In this document: positions 57,316-64,000 of the stretch, piece by piece
Layout of the letters: each line of letters starts with the position of its first letter
How positions within the stretch are numbered: the stretch's first letter is position 1
Origin: Candidatus Eiseniibacteriota bacterium
GTDB taxonomy: Bacteria > Eisenbacteria > RBG-16-71-46 > JABDJR01
Direction: 5' to 3'
NCBI GenBank assembly: GCA_963762255.1
Contig: CAVXKA010000001.1
Location: 1,216,001-1,280,000, forward strand
DNA length: 64,000 nt
Notes under the pieces: generated by a model
The model's input: only the letters and a program-made list of their open reading frames with translations
Told to the model about the DNA's origin: nothing
Database searches by the model: none
Program-made: the position numbers and the translations under genes

Positions 57316-57693
57316 TTGACGAGTTGGAAGTTGGGCTTGGCCACTATCCTGCTGCTCCTATTGGTCCTGCTCTTGCCGTTCTTCTGTCGTGAGCGCACCG
57401 ACCCCTCGCTCCGCGACCTGCCCGGATTCGCCGTCTACGAGCGAACGTGTGTTCGCTGCCACGGCGGGCGAGGCCAGGGGCGCAAGGCGTCCAGCCTCGC
57501 CGATCGGCCGCTGGATCTGGCGAGTCCCGCCTTCCGCGACACCGCGCGTGTCGAAAGCATCCGCGACATCGTCGCGCGGGGCAAGGGGAAGATGAAGGGG
57601 CTTGAAGGCAAGCTCTCCCCGGCGGAGATCGACGCGGTATCGCGCTTCGTGCTCCTCCTGCCCGAGCGGGGTTCGGGGGATTCGAAGCGCTAG
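57316..57693 (+). CDS. Monoheme c-type cytochrome
   Basis: N-terminal anchor, CVRCH, distal Met (GKGKM). Confidence 0.85.
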   Translation: MTSWKLGLATILLLLLVLLLPFFCRERTDPSLRDLPGFAVYERTCVRCHGGRGQGRKASSLADRPLDLASPAFRDTARVESIRDIVARGKGKMKGLEGKLSPAEIDAVSRFVLLLPERGSGDSKR

Positions 57694-57724
57694 CCGACCG
57701 CAAGGGCGCGAGCGATCCGAAGCG

Positions 57725-59014
57725 CTAGCCGTCCGCTGGGATGCGGCGGTCGGGCACCCGCCGCAGCAGCACGGCGCCCGCGGCGGCCAGCACCGCAAGG
57801 ACGCCCACCGCGAGGCGATACCGAGCCGTGCCGAGCGGCGCCCCGATCAGCACGGTGAGTCCCCAGAGAAGCGGTCCCACGATCGCTGCCGCCTTGTTGC
57901 AAAAGGCGTAGAGCCCGAAGAGACGCCCCTCTTCGCCGGCCGGGGTCAGCGTGAGGAGGAGCGGCCGCGATGTGGTCCATACCGCCCCCAGGAGCGCGCC
58001 GATCACCCCGCCCATGACGTAGAAGACGGTCTCGGAGGGGACCATCGCTACCGCGAGAAGGCACACCACCCATAGCCACGCCGTCGCGGCAAGCGTGCGG
58101 TGCGGGCCGACGCGATCGGCGATCCACCCCGCGGCGAAGGAGCCGAGGATCGCGGGGATGGTGGCGAGCATGAAGAACACGACCTTGGCCGAGTCCGGGA
58201 GCCCGAGCACCTTCTGCGCGTAGACCGCCATGAAGAGGATCACGGTGTGCACGGCGTCGAGCAGAAGGAGGTTGGCGACCAGGAACCAGACGACACCCGG
58301 ATAGCGGCGCGTATCGGCCAGGGTGGCGCGGATCTCGGCCCATGCAGCGCGTGGGCTCGGTCGCGGGCCGGCAGCGCGCCGCGGTTCGCGCACACGCAGA
58401 AAGATGGGGAGAGCGAGCAACCCGAAGAGGATCGCGCTGGGGAGAAACGCCGCCGTGCGCCCTCCGGCGTGAACGCCCGGAATCGCCAGGTTCACGAGCG
58501 GCATCTTCCCCTCGACGAACGGCACCACGAGGAGCATTCCCACGAACGAGCCCACGTAACCCAGCGCCACGCCCATGCCGCTCACGCGGCCGCGCGTCTC
58601 CGGAGTGCTCACCGCCGGCAAGAGCGCGTTATAGAAGACGAGCCCCCCCTGAAACGCGTAGTTGGATAGCGCGAACACAGCAAGCGCCAGGAGGAACCCG
58701 GCGGTGCCCGGCATTCGCGTGAACCAGCTCAGCGCCGCGGTGGCGGCCACCGACACCGCGGTGAAGAGGCCGAGAAAGACGAGCCGGCGGTTTCCGCGAT
58801 CCGACCACAGTCCCAGATAGGGAAGGGTCAGCGCTACCGCGAGCATGGAGCCCCCGTAGAAGACGCTGTACCAGAGATCCTCGCGCCCTCGATCGACCGT
58901 GACCCACTGCGAAAAGTAGAGGCTGATCACGTTCATCGAGTAGATGGTGTTGGCGAGGTCGTAGAGCGCCCATGGGACGGCGCCGCGAGGCTTGCTCGAG
59001 GGTGCGGCAGGCAT
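57725..59014 (-). CDS. MFS transporter (UMF1/ATG22-like)
   Basis: WALYDLAN, FYNALLP and GRVSG.G..LGY.G. Confidence 0.9.
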   Translation of the reverse strand: MPAAPSSKPRGAVPWALYDLANTIYSMNVISLYFSQWVTVDRGREDLWYSVFYGGSMLAVALTLPYLGLWSDRGNRRLVFLGLFTAVSVAATAALSWFTRMPGTAGFLLALAVFALSNYAFQGGLVFYNALLPAVSTPETRGRVSGMGVALGYVGSFVGMLLVVPFVEGKMPLVNLAIPGVHAGGRTAAFLPSAILFGLLALPIFLRVREPRRAAGPRPSPRAAWAEIRATLADTRRYPGVVWFLVANLLLLDAVHTVILFMAVYAQKVLGLPDSAKVVFFMLATIPAILGSFAAGWIADRVGPHRTLAATAWLWVVCLLAVAMVPSETVFYVMGGVIGALLGAVWTTSRPLLLTLTPAGEEGRLFGLYAFCNKAAAIVGPLLWGLTVLIGAPLGTARYRLAVGVLAVLAAAGAVLLRRVPDRRIPADG

Positions 59015-59103
59015 GGGGACAGTCTAGCGGGCCTCGGCGGGCTTGTCCCGAGACGCCTGCCGGGTCTATGGTCCCGTCCGCGCTTCAGACCCCGAGGAAC
59101 ACC

Positions 59104-59517
59104 ATGACATCTCCTTCAGCTCCCCTGGACGTGGTGGCCGGCATTCTCATCGAGGACGGCCGCGTCCTTCTGGCCCAGCGCACGGCCGAGCAGTCCTACC
59201 CCCTCTGCTGGGAGTTCCCCGGCGGGAAAGTGGAGGAGGGCGAGCAACCCGAAGCGGCGCTGGTGCGGGAATTCGGGGAGGAGATGGGGTTTGAGATCCG
59301 CGTGAAGGAACTCTACGCGGAGGTGAGCACCGCGAGCCCGACCGGCCGGCAGGTGCGCGTGCGGTTCTTCATGGCCGAGCGTGCGGCGGGCATGCCCCAT
59401 CCCGTCGAGGTCGCGGCGGTGGAGTGGGTGGAGCTCTGCGACCTCGGTCGCTGGAACGTCATCCCCACCAATCTGGCGGTGGTGGAGCGACTCATGGGCG
59501 AACGTGGGGCGGTGTGA
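59104..59517 (+). CDS. NUDIX hydrolase, MutT-like
   Basis: WEFPGGKVEEGEQPEAALVREFGEE Nudix box. Confidence 0.9.
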   Translation: MTSPSAPLDVVAGILIEDGRVLLAQRTAEQSYPLCWEFPGGKVEEGEQPEAALVREFGEEMGFEIRVKELYAEVSTASPTGRQVRVRFFMAERAAGMPHPVEVAAVEWVELCDLGRWNVIPTNLAVVERLMGERGAV

Positions 59518-59571
59518 GTCGGGGACGTGGAACGAACGGGGCGTGGATCGAAGGGGGAGACGACCGCGGAC

Positions 59572-59997
59572 CTAGCGACGGGGCCTGGCGGCTCCCTCGA
59601 ACACCTTCTTGAGATAGCCCCAGGTCTTGGCATCGATCGGCGCCGGGCCGGAGAGCACGGTGATCGTGCCTTTGAGGTCGGGCCGGCTGCGGGAGAAGTA
59701 CTTATAGACGCCGGTGCGATCGAAGGTGCGCTCCACCGAGGTCTGCTGACCGCCGACAACGAGGTTGTCCCACTCGACACCGGCGAGGATGTCGTCGGTT
59801 CCCTCCCCGCTCGCGAGGACCTGGGTAGCGGCGCCCGCCTGCAGCTCCCATCGCACCACGTCATCCTTGCTGATGGTGAGCGTGGAAGGGGAGAACTCGC
59901 CGTTGCTGACCTTGACCACGTGCACGGCGGCGTCGGCGGAGAGGGCAAAGCCCCCCGCAAACGTCACCGCGATCAAGGCAGCTATCCAAGGGCGCAT
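59572..59997 (-). CDS. Secreted cupredoxin-fold protein lacking Cu ligands, with a C-terminal TWGxxK motif
   Basis: FSPSTLTI..D.V.W and TF..TG.YKY pattern; SRSRPDL replaces C..H..M; ends KTWGYLKKVF. Confidence 0.75.
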   Translation of the reverse strand: MRPWIAALIAVTFAGGFALSADAAVHVVKVSNGEFSPSTLTISKDDVVRWELQAGAATQVLASGEGTDDILAGVEWDNLVVGGQQTSVERTFDRTGVYKYFSRSRPDLKGTITVLSGPAPIDAKTWGYLKKVFEGAARPRR

Positions 59998-60210
59998 GGA
60001 CGTCTCCCTACGGATGGAATGAAACTGACAACATTCTACGCCTCCTGCCGGTCGGGCGCAACCGCTGCTTTCCTACCTCACTTATCGGAAATCATGTAGA
60101 AAACCTTGATCCACCCCCTAGAAGCCTAAACCCGGCCACCCCCGGAGACGATATTTGACACGGTCACGGCTGATGGACTCTGCCTTCCACTCGGGGGTCG
60201 CTGAACAGCT

Positions 60211-61866
60211 ATGGACAGTCTCCAACATGGCCTGAGTCGGACGCCTGTCGCGAGCGCCGGCATCTTCGCGCTGCTTCTTGCCGCCTGTGCCGCGCAGGAC
60301 TCGCCGCAGCCGGCGCCGGCGGGCCCCGTGCCGGGGCGCGGCGGCACGTTCCATCTGGCTCTCGAACCGGCCCACACCCTGGATCCGGCTCTCGTGGACG
60401 ACGCCTATGGATCGACGGTCGCGAATCAGGTCTTCGGCGGTCTCGTGCAATGGGACTCCGACCTGAACGTCCTTCCCGATGTCGCTCAATCCTGGACCGT
60501 GTCCCCCGACGGCCGGGAGTACCACTTCGAGCTTCGCCACAACGCCCGCTTTCACAACGGTCGCCAGGTCGTCGCCGAGGACTTCGTCTACTCCTTCACG
60601 CGGCTTCTCGATCCCCGGCAGGTGCCCCGCGGCATCATCCAGGACTACCTGACGCGCATCGAGGGGGTGGAGGACTTCAATTCAGGGCGCGCCGAGACCA
60701 TCCGCGGCCTCGAGGCTCCCGATCCATTCACCCTGGTCATCCGGCTCGCCCGGCCGTATTCGTCATTCCTCTCCGTGCTCGGCATGGACCAGGCGAAGGT
60801 GGTACCGCGCGAGGAGATCGAGCGGCTGGGAGCCGAGGAGTTCGGACGCCATCCGGTAGGGACCGGCCCCTTTCGCCTGGCGGAATGGAACCCGGAGACG
60901 AGAACCGTGCTGGTGGCTTACCTGGACTACTTCGGGACGCCGGCCTATCTCGATTCCGTGATCCTCCATCATGCGATCAGCGAGCAGCCCGCCCTGGTTC
61001 AGGCAGCGTTCCTCTCCGGAGGTCTGGACGGCATGATGGTGCGCGAGAACGAGCTGTCCGGGCTCATGAGGCGCCGGGAGTATCCCATCGTGCGCCGGCT
61101 CGAGCTGAGCCTTGAGTTCATGGGATTCTCGATGACGACCCCGCCTTTCGACGACGCGCGAGTGCGCAGGGCGGTGGCCATGGCGCTGGACAGGGAGGAC
61201 TTGGCCGGCGCGGTCGGACCGGGGTTCCATGTGCCGACCGGTCTGCTCCCCCCGGGGATCCAGGGATACTCGCCCGAATCCAAGATCCTGCCGGAGGATC
61301 TGGATGAAGCCCGCCGGTTGCTCGCCGAGGCCGGCTACGGCCCCGACCGGCCGCTGCGCTTCCAACTGCTCACCGCGAGCAGGACGCGACATTCGGAGGT
61401 GCGGGACAGCGTCATCGTGAACTCGCTCGGACGGATTCACGTCTTCCCCGAGCTGAGACGAGTCAGTTGGCTGGAGCTGAACGATGCGGTCAAGACACGT
61501 CAGGCGGCCGCATTTCAACTGAGCTGGATCGCCGACTTGCCCGACCCGGACAGCTTCCTCTTCACCCTTCTCGACACCCACGGCTACTACAACATCTTCA
61601 GCTACTCCAACGCACGGGTGGACTCGCTTCTGGAGGCGGGCGGGGACGAGGTCAACCAGGCCCAGCGGCTGCTCCTCTACCGGGAGGCCGAGCGCCTGGT
61701 CCTCGCCGACGTCCCGCTCGTTCCCATCCTGAACGTCATGACCCTATACGCGTTTCAACCTGACGTGCGCGGCGTGGAGATGGCCCCCTACGGCATCTGC
61801 AGCGTCCCCATGGAGAAGATCTGGATCGACGGCCGGCGCCGGGAGGGTATGTATGCGGGGCTTTAG
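60211..61866 (+). CDS. Family 5 (peptide/nickel-type) solute-binding lipoprotein
   Basis: Lipobox LAAC; TLDPA, FHNG, PVGTGPF and VRRAV.MA.DR. Confidence 0.9.
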   Translation: MDSLQHGLSRTPVASAGIFALLLAACAAQDSPQPAPAGPVPGRGGTFHLALEPAHTLDPALVDDAYGSTVANQVFGGLVQWDSDLNVLPDVAQSWTVSPDGREYHFELRHNARFHNGRQVVAEDFVYSFTRLLDPRQVPRGIIQDYLTRIEGVEDFNSGRAETIRGLEAPDPFTLVIRLARPYSSFLSVLGMDQAKVVPREEIERLGAEEFGRHPVGTGPFRLAEWNPETRTVLVAYLDYFGTPAYLDSVILHHAISEQPALVQAAFLSGGLDGMMVRENELSGLMRRREYPIVRRLELSLEFMGFSMTTPPFDDARVRRAVAMALDREDLAGAVGPGFHVPTGLLPPGIQGYSPESKILPEDLDEARRLLAEAGYGPDRPLRFQLLTASRTRHSEVRDSVIVNSLGRIHVFPELRRVSWLELNDAVKTRQAAAFQLSWIADLPDPDSFLFTLLDTHGYYNIFSYSNARVDSLLEAGGDEVNQAQRLLLYREAERLVLADVPLVPILNVMTLYAFQPDVRGVEMAPYGICSVPMEKIWIDGRRREGMYAGL

Positions 61867-64000
61867 GCGAATTAGCCGTCTGCGCATCGAGTTTCGAATG
61901 ATGACGTCGCTGGTGACGCTGGTCGCCATCGTCATTCTCCTGGTGGTCGTGCTTGTGGACTTCCGCCAGCGGGCCGTGATGATGAACCTCAACCAGGAGC
62001 GGGGGCTTGCCATAGGCAACAGCCTCGCCGCCGCCTCATCGAGCGCGTTGCTTTCCTACAACTACGTGGCCCTTCAGCAACTCACCCAGCGCGCCGCGCA
62101 GGAGGAAGGGCTGATCCACGTGATCGTTCTGGACAAGGAGCGCCGGGTCGCCGGCTACAGCAACCACCCCGAGTGGCAGGGGCGGGAGCTGTTCGACCCG
62201 GTCAGCCAGGCTGCGACCGGTCTGCTCGAGCCGCTCATCCAGACCGTTCCCCCGGAGATTCAGGGGGGAAATCGGAGTCTGGACATTGCGGTGCCGGTGT
62301 ACGTGGAGGGCTCGCCGAAACCTTGGGGGCTCGTGCGCGTCGCCATCTCCCTCGATCACATGTACGCGGAGCTGGCCAGCACCCGGCGCCTCGTTCTCGC
62401 CCTCGGGCTCGGCCTGCTCACGTTGGCCGCGCTGGCGGCACGCCTGCTCGCGCGCCGGATTACCGGTCCGTTGAACCGGCTCGTGGAGGCGACCGGGGAG
62501 CTGGCGAAGGGGAATTTCGACTATCGCGTGGAGCTGCACACCGGCGACGAGATCGAGGATCTCTCGAGGCAATTCGGCACCATGGCCCGCGAGATCTGCC
62601 AGAAACAGTCCGAAGTCGAAAGCACGAACCAGGAGCTCGCCACCCTCAACACGCGGCTGGAAGAGAAGGTTCTTGAACGCACGCGCGCGCTCACCGAGGC
62701 CGAGGAGAAGTACCGCCTCCTCGTCGAGCAGTCGCCCAACGCGATCTGCATCATCCAGCACGGCCGGCTGGTCTTCTTCAATCACGCTTTCCCCGAGACG
62801 TTCCGCTACACCCCGGAGGAGCTGAACGCCCCGGACTTCCGTCTGCTCAACCTGGTGGACCCCGAGCAGCACGACTTCATCCGGGATCTGATGGCGCGCT
62901 CCCCGAGCGACACCGACAGTTCGTCCTGCGAGATCCTCGGCCTGGACCAGCGCGGGAACCGCGTGTACCTCGACATGCACTACACGGCGATCTCCTATGA
63001 GGGCTCGCCGGCGATGGAAGCGATCCTTGTGGACGTCACGGAGCAACGACAACTCCAGGAGAAGATGGTCTCCAGCGAGCGGTTGCGGGCGCTCGGCGAG
63101 ATGGCGAGCGGCGTTGCCCACGACTTCAACAACGTGCTCGGCGCGATTCTCGCCCGGGCGCAACTGCTGGCCGGCCGTGTGCAAGACGCGGAGATCTTGC
63201 GCGGCCTTCGCATCATCGAGAAGGCGGCGCAGGACGGAGCGGCCACCGTCCAGCGCATACAGGAGTTCACCCGCCTGCGCACCGATCGCGATTTTCGGCC
63301 TGTGAGCTTGAACACGGTGCTCGAGGACGTGCTGGAGATGACGCGCGGTCGGTGGGCCGACGAGGCGCAACGGCAGGGGAAGCGAATCGACATCGCGCGC
63401 GCTTTCTCCCAAGTTCCCGACGTGGCGGGGAACATCTCGGAACTGCGGGAGGTGTTCACGAATCTCGTTCTGAACGCGGTGGATGCCATCCCCGGCGAGG
63501 GCCAGATCACGGTCTGCTCCTACGAGGAGGCCGGGTCGGTCGTCGTCACCGTGAGCGACACCGGCGAGGGGATGTCCGCCGAGGTCAAGCGCCGCCTCTT
63601 CGACCCCTTCTTCACCACAAAGGGAGAGAAGGGCAACGGACTGGGCATGAGCATCGTGTACGGCATCGTGCGCCGGCACGGCGGCGATATCACGTTCTTG
63701 AGCGAGCCCAACGAAGGAACCATGTTCCAGGTCACGCTCCCCGGGCTCGCCCTGAAGCACGCGGACGGCCCCGCGCCGGCCCCGGAGGCGCCGCTGACCG
63801 GCTGCGGGCGAGTGCTCGTGGTGGACGACGACGACGACATCCGCACGCTCGTGGCGGACATTCTCGCCGCCGGGGGTTACGACGTGGAGACGGCCGGCGG
63901 CGGAGCGGAAGCGGTGGACCGGGTGCGCGCGGAGGCGTTCGACTTGGTGGTGTCCGACCTCGGCATGCCCGACGTCACCGGCTGGGACGTGGCCCGGGAA
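61853..64000 (+). CDS. Membrane HAMP/PAS hybrid histidine kinase; 3' end runs off the window
   Basis: Not in the ORF track. RBS GGAGGG then ATG 61853; two TM helices, HAMP, PAS, AHDFNNVL, FDPFFTTK..G.GLG and receiver VVDDD...SDLGMP. Confidence 0.9.
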   Translation, partial: MRGFRRISRLRIEFRMMTSLVTLVAIVILLVVVLVDFRQRAVMMNLNQERGLAIGNSLAAASSSALLSYNYVALQQLTQRAAQEEGLIHVIVLDKERRVAGYSNHPEWQGRELFDPVSQAATGLLEPLIQTVPPEIQGGNRSLDIAVPVYVEGSPKPWGLVRVAISLDHMYAELASTRRLVLALGLGLLTLAALAARLLARRITGPLNRLVEATGELAKGNFDYRVELHTGDEIEDLSRQFGTMAREICQKQSEVESTNQELATLNTRLEEKVLERTRALTEAEEKYRLLVEQSPNAICIIQHGRLVFFNHAFPETFRYTPEELNAPDFRLLNLVDPEQHDFIRDLMARSPSDTDSSSCEILGLDQRGNRVYLDMHYTAISYEGSPAMEAILVDVTEQRQLQEKMVSSERLRALGEMASGVAHDFNNVLGAILARAQLLAGRVQDAEILRGLRIIEKAAQDGAATVQRIQEFTRLRTDRDFRPVSLNTVLEDVLEMTRGRWADEAQRQGKRIDIARAFSQVPDVAGNISELREVFTNLVLNAVDAIPGEGQITVCSYEEAGSVVVTVSDTGEGMSAEVKRRLFDPFFTTKGEKGNGLGMSIVYGIVRRHGGDITFLSEPNEGTMFQVTLPGLALKHADGPAPAPEAPLTGCGRVLVVDDDDDIRTLVADILAAGGYDVETAGGGAEAVDRVRAEAFDLVVSDLGMPDVTGWDVARE

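Noticed and set aside
140-63861. Many long alternative-frame and antisense ORFs (e.g. 217-1173, 21902-23830, 46355-49207, 47560-49953, 54662-56800, 62036-63760)
   Set aside because: Arg/Ala/Gly/Pro-rich shadows of real genes, expected at high GC; no recognisable motifs.

Overview
GC-rich bacterial chromosomal window with about 55 credible CDSs. A FlgD-Ig-type C-terminus on a secreted protease and TWGxxK motifs on secreted proteins suggest an FCB-related candidate phylum such as Ca. Eisenbacteria/Krumholzibacteria; this is inference, not a taxonomic assignment. The backbone carries housekeeping, envelope and stress genes: amrB, a PbpG-like peptidase, PIN-PhoH, rmlC, class II photolyase, MscS, PepP, a Na+/H+ antiporter, an S8 protease, an L,D-transpeptidase, Bcp, hemerythrin, qNOR, a UvrD-like helicase, Pol IV, DnaE2 and MutT. 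Main points of interest: (1) an intergenic DnaA-box cluster followed by a promoter, a ~215-nt rod-like structured ncRNA candidate and a terminator (6862-7315); (2) a lower-GC ~8 kb island inside a glycan-modification operon, bounded by three copies of the 5' part of a TagB/TagF-like gene and carrying a TIR-TM-ectodomain 'Toll-like' protein plus a secreted paralogue of its ectodomain; (3) a selenocysteine peroxiredoxin with an in-frame TGA and a SECIS hairpin; (4) a 75-bp dispersed hairpin repeat with compensatory changes, in 3 copies; (5) a Pol IV/DnaE2 mutagenesis locus without imuAB, with a shared candidate operator; (6) a divergent RelA/SpoT-like nucleotidyltransferase; (7) a second structured RNA candidate at 16265-16407. 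I found no rRNA, complete tRNA, CRISPR array or intact integrase/transposase. All calls come from reading the sequence by eye, without database searches.
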